Below are positions 1 through 11,946 of a stretch of 64,000 nucleotides of DNA, one piece after another. Numbering within the stretch: the first letter of the stretch is position 1; every line of letters starts with the position of its first letter. A program made the position numbers and the translations under genes. Source of the stretch: Chrysomallon squamiferum. Lineage: Eukaryota > Animalia > Mollusca. The notes under the pieces are model-generated. The model saw only the letters and a list, made by a program, of their open reading frames with translations. It was not told the DNA's origin and did no database searches. The stretch is from contig CM022665.1 of the NCBI GenBank assembly GCA_012295275.1, positions 558,001 to 622,000 of the forward strand. Direction: 5' to 3'.

Positions 1-289
1 GAAAAGGACGCAGAATAAAAGATTCTTTTGACGCGCCTCCCAAGGCAGCCACTTATTTGAAAATTGGCATTGGACTCGTTGGCCACCAGTCAACACGGCA
101 ATTAAAATATGCTGGTTATTGCAGCCCTGATGGTTTTAATCTTATTTTCCTGGTTTGTTGAGCATGCTCGAGTGGGAGTTGTACTCATCTGCCCAGCGAC
201 TCGCGCCCGCGACGGATGAGGTCACCAGAACAGCTTTCTCCATCGCTTCCAGCGTGTGTCAATACGAGACAGTCGCTCTCCAACATCTA
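1..289 (-). other. Candidate exon on the minus strand (runs off the window start or is a terminal exon)
   Basis: Minus-strand pyrimidine tract and tandem acceptor (gttttttcttttgtttcaCAG|TAG|ATG) at 292-284, exactly at the boundary between an AT/A-rich tract and a GC-richer island. One frame reads DVGERLSRIDTRWKRWRKLFW*. No homology recognised. Confidence 0.25.
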
Positions 290-580
290 CTGTGAAACAA
301 AAGAAAAAACAGTGTAAATAAACAAATAAACACCCCAGAAATACCCCCCCCAAAAAAAATTCACACACACACATACACACACAAAAAAAAAAAAAAAAAA
401 TCAAAACAAAATCAAACAAGAACCAAAAATTAATGAAAATAACGATAAAACACTTAATAAAAGGACAGAAATATATTTCTCAGACATAACGTAAACAGTG
501 TCAACATCATCAACAGTAGGGAAAGAAGAAGAACAAGAAACAGACGCATATATTTTACAGTCAAAAGTATTTTTTATCAA

Positions 581-632
581 CATCATCATCAGCATCATCA
601 GCATCATCAGCATCATCATCATCATTATTATC

Positions 633-668
<36 letters not shown>

Positions 669-741
669 GATATAAGATGTTTTATTTTGCCAGGATAAAA
701 GCAGAATTACATTTCATAGTTTATATAAATATATAAACACA

Positions 742-819
<78 letters not shown>
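581..819. repeat. Compound trinucleotide microsatellite (CAT)n/(ATT)n ... (TAC)n/(AAT)n
   Basis: Direct reading: (CAT/CAG) 581-624, (ATT) 624-668, (TAC) 743-790, (AAT) 791-819. Confidence 0.95.
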
Positions 820-822
<3 letters not shown>

Positions 823-1631
823 AATGTGGAAACAGAAAACTAATAAAGATAACGATATGAAATATTTTAAAAGAGATCTGGGTTTTCAAAAACAGTTCTT
901 TTCATTTAAATTATATCTTTATTTATTTTGTTATTTATTTTTATTTTTATTTTAATTTAAATTTTATATAATAAATTTAAGTAAAAAGACTGAAATATTA
1001 ATTTTTTCTAACAGTTACAATTTGTAGCCTTTCAAATAAAATTATATTAAGTTAAATTTGTTTTCTGCGGGTAAACTGCATTCATAACAAAATTTTAATG
1101 TTTAACATTTATATCATATTAATAAAAATATATGCAATTATTAGTTCGATACAGAGAAAATTAAAATTAAATAAACAGACTGTTTCTCTGTCATAAGTTA
1201 TAATCTTTATGAACCGAAGAGCGAAAAGAGGGAGTCTAAATACAAACATTACGTTGTTTGTTTCAAAGAGAATATATCTGAAATTAAACAGATCTGTGGA
1301 AAAATGATATGAAGAATTCTCTTCTTATACGCCGATGTCCGTTATGGAATATTCAAATAGGAATCGCCTTCCTCTCTGACGAAACAGTTGATGATCTTCC
1401 TCGAATCGAATGAGCTGCTAGCCGGCTTGTGTTTCTGTCTCGCAGTCCGCAGCAATCAGCTTGTGTCATTACAAGCACTTTGATTATGATTGAACAGAAA
1501 TTCGCGTGCTATGTAAAACAGCCCCAAACAACGCAACAGCAATGACACACCTTCTGCTAATATTTAATCTACTCAGAACTAAGCTAGATGTCGTCCTTTT
1601 AATAAACCATAATAACACACGAAAACTGCAG

Positions 1632-1650
1632 TAATAACAATGATAATAAC

Positions 1651-1715
<65 letters not shown>

Positions 1716-1746
1716 TAATAATAATAATAATGCTAATAATAATAAT
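1632..1746. repeat. (AAT)n microsatellite
   Basis: Direct reading; source of the poly-Leu ORF 1599-1892. Confidence 0.95.
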
Positions 1747-1914
1747 GACGACGACGACAACAACGGCAACACCAAATCAGATATTCTGTTCGTTTGCTTT
1801 ATGAAATTTATGAAACTGGTGAGAAAAGAAAAGGAATGAAGAAAAAAGATGTTGTTTGTTACTGGTTGGTATGAAAAGTATTTTGAAAACACAATGATTT
1901 TTTTTGATGAGAAT

Positions 1915-2182
1915 TAATACACACGTATATACTTACATACATACATACATGCATACATACATACATACATACATACATACATACATACATACATACATAC
2001 ATACATACATACATACATAATATATACATACATATACATACATACATATATACATATGTACATACATACATATATATATGTACATACATACATACATACA
2101 TGCGTACATACATACATACATACATACATGCATACATACATACATACATACATACATACATACATACATACATGCATGCATG

Positions 2183-2214
<32 letters not shown>

Positions 2215-2505
2215 CTTATGTACATACATACATACATACATATACATACATACATACATACATACATACATACATACATACATACATACATACATACATG
2301 CATGCATGCATGCATACATACATACATACATACATATAGATACATACACATACATACATACATACATACATACATACATACATACATACATACATACATA
2401 CATACATACATACATACATGTATATACATACACACACAAACATCGATTAATATAGATATACACATACATATATACATACATATATCGATTAATATATACA
2501 TACAT
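1915..2505. repeat. Long interrupted (TACA)n tetranucleotide microsatellite, ~590 bp
   Basis: Direct reading, with TGCA/TATA variant units. Source of the MYVC/YIHT ORFs. Confidence 0.97.
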
Positions 2506-2973
2506 AAAAGATTTCCTGGACTATTATTCCAGTTACAAAAGACGCAGATTCCGCATGAATCAAAAAACAGAGAATGAATTATGTCAATATAGTTTATATA
2601 ATTACATAATTTATAATCGATTAAAGAACAGAGACGAATTCATCCGTCTATTCAACATCAATTCATCCGTGTACACCTGCATGTACACTTCGCAAACACA
2701 AAGCACGTATAAAATAAATTATTTATTTCATGAGGCTGAAAGGAAGAAAGGATGTTATCTGCCATTTTGATCATGATGTTCATAAACTGATTAACTTCAT
2801 TAGAGACTCTTTTAAACACCTTTCCACAAACAGGAAAATAACACTGAGTTACTGAAATGAGGTTGGAATGGTATAAGTAAATTGCGACTGTGTGCACATT
2901 TAAACAGTAGTCCTTCCTAGATCTGATTAGTGAGAAATAAATAGTAATAACAAAGAAAAGAAAATTTAAAAAA

Positions 2974-2976
<3 letters not shown>

Positions 2977-3054
<78 letters not shown>
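2977..3054. repeat. (AG)39 microsatellite
   Basis: Perfect dinucleotide run. Confidence 0.97.
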
Positions 3055-3060
<6 letters not shown>

Positions 3061-5956
3061 ACAAAGCAAGGTAAAACTGTTAAGGTAAAGCAGGACGAGA
3101 TATCAGGTGTCAGGCAGACCCCACCTCGCTGGTGACAACATGTCGAAAGTTGAAGCTTCTTCAAAGACAGGATCGGAGTTTCGCTAAATGATTTTAAAAA
3201 TACATGATGTATGTGAAAATGTTAGGGTAGAGATAATTTAAACAGGTGATGAAATGTATTAAAAAGTGTATGTCTACCAAAAAATAAAAAAGTGTTCAAA
3301 CCTATTAGAAAAACGTCGATATCTTGACGCTAATGGGAACAAGTTAAAAATCAGTCTGAAATGAACGTGCTCTACACTCCCAGTTTCCAGAATGAAACAC
3401 TATCACTCGACATGAAAGAAAATTTACTATTGGAAAGTTAAACTGATCCTTTTTGTGTGCTTTATTTATGAAGACTAGTCGAATCTCTATTTTATTTCTA
3501 AATCACAGAAAATGCAGTTGTCATCAGTGTAGCAGATTAAGTTTGTCTAACTTCTGAAAAATAAATATTTTCATTAAAGAAGATTTTATTGATTACTTTG
3601 TTTAGTTTTTTATTTATTTGTGTGGTCATTTTCTACTGCACCACATGCAAGAACAAAACAATTTAAACTTTTGTTACCAGGCTCGCAGTCACGTTTCACA
3701 GAGATCTGTCTTATTAACACCTTTTTTTTTTTTTTTTTTTTTTTTTTTCTGGTCAAAACTGAATACGAATACTTTTGCATCTTCAAAATTCTAAGCACCA
3801 AATGTAGCCAAAACTATTCCAAAACAGTATCTTAACTTGAATACGTCCTGCCGCATCTAAACATTTCACAACATCTAACAGATTGTCAGTCGGTTGTAAT
3901 CATCTAATTTTTAAATACTTTTAGCAGTGTGTCTGAATCACAGAATAAAATATCATCTTTACACTGATTAGCAGTGTTTTTACCTTGTTAGTTTTCGGTT
4001 TGGTTAGTTTTCGGGTAAACATAATCTTTAAATATTTCTTGTATCTTTATAGACACTAATTTATATATATATATATATATTTGTTGTTTTTTACATAAAG
4101 GCATTGCATTTATTTTTATTTTTGTTTTATATTATTAGTAATGCAACACAGTTCTAATTTTATTTGTCAGAACCAGATATTACATAACCAGCGAACAATG
4201 GTTTCAAATAATCTGAATGGTAGTATTTACACCCGTTAAAAATAATAACTATGGATTCACAATATATATATATATATAAATTGTTTCTTGTGTTTTATAC
4301 GCACTTAATTTACCATAAATTTCAATTTCAGCAAGATTTTAAAAATGTTTAAAATCTGCATTATACAAAATGGTCATACTGTATATAAAAACTTGTACTT
4401 AATAGTGATGTGGATATTTGAAGTTTTTACAATTGTATTTGAATGAATATTCATTTTGTTTTGTTTCTGATTATGTACGTTATAAAATTCGAAATCAAAA
4501 TAAAAACGAAACAACAAAACGAAGAAGGTAAATAAATACATTTTAAAAGTGGTCGATATATATATATATATATTCACTTCACTGTTATTAAGATACTGAA
4601 ATGACAGACATGTCAACATGAAGTTTATTTCTTTATATTTTCTCTCAGAACTATGTAGTGAAAATGACATATAATTTTGCTACTATTTTGTTAAGAAAAC
4701 AAAGTAATGTCATTATATGAATATTTTATTACTAGATTACAAACAAGATTTACGTCACAGCTATAAGTAATGTTATTCACAGTAAAATAATATAGTTACT
4801 GCTAAACACATTTCACTGTCGAGTCTAAAAGTAATACACAGAAAATGTTCTTTAGTCCAAAATGCTGAAACTGTCGTAAGGAGTTAGCTAACAGATCTTC
4901 GTCTAAATCTCATTGCAATTAATAAATTTACGCCACTGCAGTCAAAAATGAGGATATTTTCAAAATATGAAAAATCAACTTGGCATTATTACAGTTTCAT
5001 TTTACTGGCAGCGTTAGTGAACTTGCTTTTAATAATTGTCGGTTAATATTGTTTGTAAAACGATTTCAGCTCACGAAACTCCATTGTACAACCGTGAACA
5101 TATAATTAGAAATCGATGCATGACATTCAAAAGGTGACCTAGTTAGCCTCACGTGTCGCACCGATTCCAGATGTTGCTACGCTCAAATCATATCAATGAT
5201 ACATCATCGTTATTAAATCAGGACGAAAACCCGTCAAAAGAGACACCAAGAGCTGGGACCTACTGCAGCAGAAATCCACCAATATGTTTTTGCTAGACTT
5301 ACTTCTTGTCTTTTGAAGTTTGCATTATTTGTGAGCACGTGAAATCCGTAAGTGAGCAAGACTGCTGATTAATGGAGATAAAAACACCGCTGAGCAGAAC
5401 ATGTAGAGAGAAAAAAAGTAGGCTTTGACTTAAAATAATTTATTCATTCGTGTTTCTTCTTTCTTTCGTTTTAAATCTCAGTAAGTAATACTAATGAAAA
5501 CTGCTTACAAGCAACTCACTGTTTTCATTTAGAAATAAACATGTTTAAGAAATATTGAACAACATTGAACAGAAGCCGCTGTAGTTGAGTGCAGCTGTCA
5601 CAACGTTTCAACTGTTGAACTGAGACCAATCAGTAAGTGTGAAAACAGATTTGTGTTTACCACATATGAACTGAAAGAAAAAAGAAAGAACGAAGAAAGA
5701 ACGAATGATAAAAAAGAATGAAAGATAGAGAGACAAGAAAAAGGCCCAGCTAGGAACACTCCCACATACACCCAAAAACAAAACAACCAACAACAACAGA
5801 AAACAAACAAACAAACAACCACAAAAAAAAAAAAAATATTAATTACATATAAAATAAAGTATACATTTTTATGTATTAAAAGGCACAAGAAAACACAAGT
5901 CTCCCATCTTCGAATCGTGCAACAACAACTAAAGTAAATGAATAGCTATTCCTACT

Positions 5957-5960
<4 letters not shown>

Positions 5961-6048
<88 letters not shown>
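5961..6048. repeat. (AG)44 microsatellite
   Basis: Perfect dinucleotide run. Confidence 0.97.
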
Positions 6049-6052
<4 letters not shown>

Positions 6053-6555
6053 AAATTAAATCTTTATGTAATATACATTATTTGTTTTAGTTTTTGTTCA
6101 GTGGTGTGTATATAATTGTCCTGTTATTATTAATACGTCAACCTCCCCCCACAAAATTGCAAAACAAAATAATCAAAACCAAGTCCTTATTTACTGTCAT
6201 AACTGATATCAGAACATTAAAAAATTAGTTAAAACCGTAATTTAAAAAAATTCCCGTTTCCAAACTCCAGTGTAAATATGAATGAATTTGTGTTATTCGT
6301 AATGTTTGAACCAGCTGATAAATAACGAAGTTAGTACGAATGTTTGTGTTTTGTCATTATTACAACATTCAACGCTTTAAGACTGTTTCTACTATTCTGA
6401 TGTACAATACATTTTACACTCTTTCTTAGACTGAACTTTATTCTTGGAATAGTCACATTTAGAAAAGTCAACACATTCAGCTGAATGAGCACTTTAACAC
6501 AAGCTTTGTGACACTGGTCATCAGATGGTGCTTTAGAAGTGGTTCATGAAATGGC

Positions 6556-6613
6556 AGCTGGACGACTCAGAACTGGACCAGCAGACTGGACAGTCAAAAA
6601 TGGACTGGTCAGA
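6556..6613. repeat. Degenerate ~14-bp tandem repeat, 4 units (CTGGAC-N3-CAGA-like)
   Basis: TGGAC at 6559, 6574, 6587 and 6601 (spacing 15, 13, 14), each followed by a (T)CAGA-like tail. Confidence 0.6.
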
Positions 6614-6705
6614 TACTCTCGAGTGTGTGACAATCGATTTTTGATCTTGTTTATTAGTCGTGTCGTGCACACAGCGCGGTTTATAAAACGTCATTCATTT
6701 TCATT

Positions 6706-6806
6706 ATAAATAAATAAATAAATAATATAAATAAATAATATAAATAAATAAATAAATAAATAATATAAATAAATAAATAAATAAATAATATAAATATATA
6801 AATAAA
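6706..6806. repeat. Interrupted (TAAA)n microsatellite
   Basis: Direct reading. Confidence 0.9.
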
Positions 6807-7833
6807 TTATAAAACAATCCCACCCCTACAAAAAGTACATTATTTTTTAACACAAAATGTTCACGTGAAATACGGTTGATTTATCTGAACTTGAGTGTGT
6901 CGTTCATTCACTGTATGTATATATACATTGTGTATGTATGTATGTATACATGTATGTGTATACATGTTTCTATAAAATAAAATAAAAAACATATATAAAT
7001 ATAATACTTAAAAAAATCGTACTAACAGTAGGAAAAACGTAAGTAATAGTAGAATATAGAAACTTCCATACGTGTATTGTACTTAGAAATTAACATAATT
7101 TCATTCAGATCCATTCACTACTACTTAAACGTGTGTATTATCCACAGACTGATACATCGTGAAAGGCTTATGTAAATTTAGTTATTTTTAATGAATACCA
7201 GAAGAATGCAATCCGATCTACAGCTTGTACAAACAAAAGTATTCAAAGAATAACGAATACCTTTATTTAACTTTATCCGAATAGGTGGATGTTCGTGACC
7301 TTTTTAACCCGTGGTGTGTAAACTGTTTGCCCATGCAAACTTACACCCACAAAAATGAATGAATACGAATATAGGCCAGTCTGTGGATTCATTGTTGATC
7401 ATGTTTATCTTTGGATGGTGAATGAAAGCGCTGATATACCTCAGAGTGTGTGTAGCATCTTTAATTTTTTATTATTATTATTTTTTCAATTCTGAGCACG
7501 CGGATGGGCTCATTGATCAGTTTGTACTGTATAAAATATTAATACAATTGCATGCCAAGACCTCGCTCAGACTTCATTTCAATTGCTAATAAGGCTCCTG
7601 AATTGCTCATACAAACTTTGCATAACAGAAAGAGAAGAGAGAGAGAGAACTCGACAATTATTTCCATTTGGCAATTTGTAGTCTAACTGATAGCACAGGG
7701 AGTGTTTTTTCCCCCGATACTTTCTTCAAGTTCTTGGTGAAGTTAAAACGTCTACGTTTTCTCAGGTGTGACTCTTCCTCTCTTTTCTTTATTGTGTTGA
7801 AATTCTTTCACGTTTTGGGATTGATACTTCCAG

Positions 7834-7921
7834 GTTGTCGAGGATTATAAAATTCTGGATTTAAAGAACAGAAGTCTGAACGACATCCTCGAGAAACAGA
7901 ATCGTACGACTCGAAACCAAG
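7834..7921 (+). other. Candidate exon (or 3' end of a longer first exon) of a + strand gene
   Basis: Strong donor AAG|GTAAGA at 7921/7922 where the island meets AT-rich sequence. Possible acceptor tacttcCAG at 7833. One frame is open (VVEDYKILDLKNRSLNDILEKQNRTTRNQ). TATAAAA at 7530-7536 and a GA-rich tract at ~7627-7648 lie upstream. Confidence 0.4.
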
Positions 7922-8278
7922 GTAAGATATAAAAACAATTATTCAAAAATCAAAAAAATTCAAATATATATAATTGAATCGCAGTAGTTATATATGACGC
8001 TGATCAGACCTAAGGAATGTACTTTTAGCATGCTAATAATGGTAAGAGACCATTTTCACCGCGTGCAGCAGACGTGTAGAAACAACACTGCAGCTGGATG
8101 TTTCATAATTCGAAGCAAAATTTCTTGCATTATTTCACGTGTATAAAACGAAATCCTGTGATTACAGTTCTCAAACCTTCGTTGTGTTTCCGTTGTGTTT
8201 CTGACAGTGCCCAACTTAAAGTTCAACCGAACGAAGTCACACCGCGCATGCGCACAACATATCAGACCTCTAAACTTA

Positions 8279-8314
<36 letters not shown>

Positions 8315-8813
8315 TCACGGTCATTAGCAACTGGCTGATTCATAGAGAAGCTATAATGATTTATTAGTATTAATAAGCGATATGGAAGTTGGCTGAACAC
8401 GATAACACTTAAATGAAACACTGGCCTCGTACCTGTCCTCTTTCTGCACAGATAATAATACACATATTATTTGCTGTATTTTTTTTAACAATTTAAGTGG
8501 GTCAATAATTTTATGCTTCGAGTGCTCACAGAAACACATACATACACACGAACATGTAAAGGTGTTAGTTTCTGTCAGTGTTCTTTAATAAATCTTGTAA
8601 GTGTTGGTAACGCCAGTAGTAATTAACACAGAGCAAACTGGTGAAAGAAAGTCGCGTTTAATTTATGAGATGTCTGAGACAGCAGTGTGCAGTTACAACA
8701 CTTTTAAAATAATTATCACATAAAAATGTATGTGTACAATGTGTACACATTTACACACATGTAATATATATGTATTAGTGTATGTTTATGTTTGTGTGTA
8801 GGTAATCGTATGC

Positions 8814-8889
8814 ATAATAATAATAACATTTATAATAATAATAATAATAACAATAACAATAATAATAAAAGGTAGATTAATTAATTTTA

Positions 8890-8943
<54 letters not shown>
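8814..8943. repeat. Inverted pair (AAT)n / (ATT)n
   Basis: AAT-type tract 8814-8868 and ATT tract 8891-8943, separated by ~22 bp. Confidence 0.9.
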
Positions 8944-8944
<1 letters not shown>

Positions 8945-9410
8945 TATTATTTATTATATTTTTTTGACAAAAATATATAAAATGCTTAAGAGAACACAAA
9001 GATACATATAACAATTATTTCAAAATCTTAAGCGTTCTCTGGGTTGTTTTACAAAATAAGATGTTCGCACACACACACACACACCCACGTCCTACAAACT
9101 GTATGTTTATGTTTATAATATTTGTATCTGTGTGTTTGTTCGTATGTGCATACGTGTGTCAGTAAATATATGTATATGTGTTAACGTATGTATATATTTG
9201 TGTATGTATGTAATTTTAAATAATTATGTAATGTTCAGTTTTAATATATTATTATTATACATGCCCTAGAATACTGCAAATGATTTTTCACAAATAGCAT
9301 GTAAAATCCACGATAAAAATATGCCTACATAAATAGTTTCATTTTAAAATTTAAATGATTATTAATAAATGTTATGATGAACGATAGGATTATAGATGAT
9401 TATTTATTAG

Positions 9411-9574
9411 TGTACACATCATCTTGTCTATGACTGTGAAGCAGACTTATTGGAACAACAAGTATACATAATCATATCATCAATCGTGAACACTCGGAGT
9501 AAACACGCCCGGGGCTGCGAGACGAAACGAGAAGTTCTGTGTCAGTGACACCGCGACACAGTTTGTGCGAACAG
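9411..9574 (+). other. Candidate non-coding (UTR) exon
   Basis: Donor CAG|GTACGT at 9574/9575; weak acceptor ttatttattAG at 9410; stops in all three frames. Confidence 0.2.
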
Positions 9575-10365
9575 GTACGTTTCTGCCTTGACAAGATAAA
9601 ACAAATCAACGTGATTAGAAGTATTACTTTACACGAGTCTTATTTCACCAACATGGCTTCAAACTCGCGCTGAGCTGCAGTTCAGTTGCAACACAAAACC
9701 CAAAACATTATGTAAGATGAAACAAACGCTTTCAATAGCAGCAGTCCTTTCTTGATCTCGCTCGAGTTGGAGATAAAAAAAGAAAAAAAAAAAAGAAGGC
9801 GTTGAAATGAACAATAAAAAACGACATTTTGCCAAAGGATAAATCAGATATATGTACTGTGTTTATTGCGGCGCGTTACAGCTTCTGTCGAGATATTACC
9901 TTCTCGTGATACACATCTAAGCCAGCGTGTTTTGATGACTGCTGCTGACAGTACTTTGCCCAACGTCACTAGATGTCAAGAAAAGCGTCAGCAGAGATTT
10001 TTTTCTTCCTACCTATCGCCTGGCTGCAGCTGTGCTATTCTCTGAACCGGAGCCAGCCTCGGGCCTCGGAAGGTAGCTGGTGGTCTCCGCTTGAATTAGA
10101 TATGTATTTTACGTTGTGCTTCACTGACTGGTACAAAACTGGCAAGAAAATGTTTTATCAAACCATCTGAAATATACCTGTGGTGAAAAATTCCATCTCC
10201 GAGAATTCCTGAGTCATGTCGGGGCACACCTATGTTATCTTTACCTGAAATAAGTCACCACCAGCAGTTTTCTCTTTTATTTTATTGTACTGCACGATAA
10301 ATGACACTTTTCGAATTTGTGCCCCAGTGTCACCTGTTACAGTTATAAATAAATATAAGTATTCA

Positions 10366-10380
10366 AAATAAATAAATAAG

Positions 10381-10419
<39 letters not shown>

Positions 10420-10421
10420 AT
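10366..10421. repeat. (TAAA)n microsatellite
   Basis: Direct reading. Confidence 0.9.
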
Positions 10422-10885
10422 AGAAAAATTAAAAAACTAAAATTAAATAAATAAAAAAAGACTTTACATATATTTTCTCTTTATTATATTTTCTTAAATG
10501 TTATTTATTTTTGTTATTATAAAAACAGAGGAAATATATATTTTCAATAAATTCATTGATTTAAGATTACTTCTGTTGTCAGATTATACCGTATTCTTCT
10601 TTTTCTTATTGTTATTATTATTTGTATATACAACAATATAAAAATGGATTTGATAAAATAAAAAGTTTTTTCAACGTGTGGAATTAAAAACAAACAAATA
10701 AATAAATAAATAAATAAATAAATGTATTATACGCATAGAACCTTAAATAATATGCGATGACAGAAAAACCGAAGTTGAATTAAAGCTTAAAGCCGAAGAT
10801 TTATAACACGAATTTGAAAAATGAGTCATTCACGGATTAATCTGTATGAAAATTCTAATTTTATTTCTAAACTCTACTCATCCTG

Positions 10886-10918
<33 letters not shown>

Positions 10919-11899
10919 GATTAAACAAATAATAACAAGAAAGTATCTTTAAAAAGATTAAAGAAAGAAAATTTCAACAACAAAGTTTGTGATCTGCGTT
11001 GACATGTTTTAACTAGTTATTTTCACAATCTGTCCATTAGTAATTAATCAAAAAAGACGATCAAGTCTGCTTTAAGAATGTGTTCTCAGGCAAAACACGG
11101 TCTTCCATTTAATAACACATACCCAGTTGTGTAACCTGATCCCCAAGTTAACTCTCCATGCATATTGTGCACACTGTACCAGAAAATGGTTTTGTCGCCC
11201 CGTTCACTCAGAATAGCGATATATTAGCGCCAGTAACACTTAATTCCTTTTTTAAAACTATATCTGTAAACGGATAGGTTGCAATTTAAACTCATTTGCA
11301 TTTCACCTCTGGTCTGAAACATGCTTTATGTTAATAGAGAAGATGAGACGATAGATAAAATTGGACCTCACAAGAAAGAACTGATTTTGTGAACAACTCT
11401 CTTTTTAAACTAAAACACATTTTTCCTTTTTGAACTAGTTTCAAAAACCATAATTGAGAAGTTAAAAAGGAATACATCAGGGACGCCAAACAATATATTT
11501 GTACAGTTATTATTTCACAAACGAAGGAAGTGTTTTCAGTTGTTAAGGAGTGATTGAAACTGACAACATCCTTAGCAACATGTAATCTTAGAGAGTCGAA
11601 TGTGTGATATTTACGACACATGCGATATTCGATAGAGCTGATATAAGTATAGCAAATTGCTTTCCTTTTTATTGTACTCAGATAAACTATATAAGTTTTT
11701 TCCTTTAAGTCTTATATACATATATTTTTTTTAATAGTTTTTTCATTACAAAGTGAAAGTCTTTTCCCATCAAAATGAGATATGATATATTTCCTTTTAA
11801 CTTCGCCAGTATCAAAAAAAAAAAAAAAAAAAAAAATCAGGCGAACAGTTAAATAAAAAATAAAGAAATTTTATCGAACTAACTATACTTTACTATCAG

Positions 11900-11946
<47 letters not shown>

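Noticed and set aside
401-3164. Many 60-195 aa ORFs (MYVC, YIHT, poly-L/I/S, SLSL), and similar ones at 15.7, 26.6, 33.4, 40.4, 43.4, 44.8, 48.2 and 62 kb
   Set aside because: They are translations of stop-free microsatellites, not genes.
5303-5389. Possible 87-nt minus-strand exon (ctCAG ... GAA|GTAAGT); likewise 14886-14958 (TAG ... GAG|GTGAGA)
   Set aside because: They do not join into a credible protein with the exon at <=289, and such signal pairs arise by chance in AT-rich DNA.
1-10000. Frequent TGACA/TGTCA (TALE homeodomain core)
   Set aside because: About 30 by eye in 10 kb, under 2-fold above naive expectation and explainable by general TG/CA dinucleotide excess.
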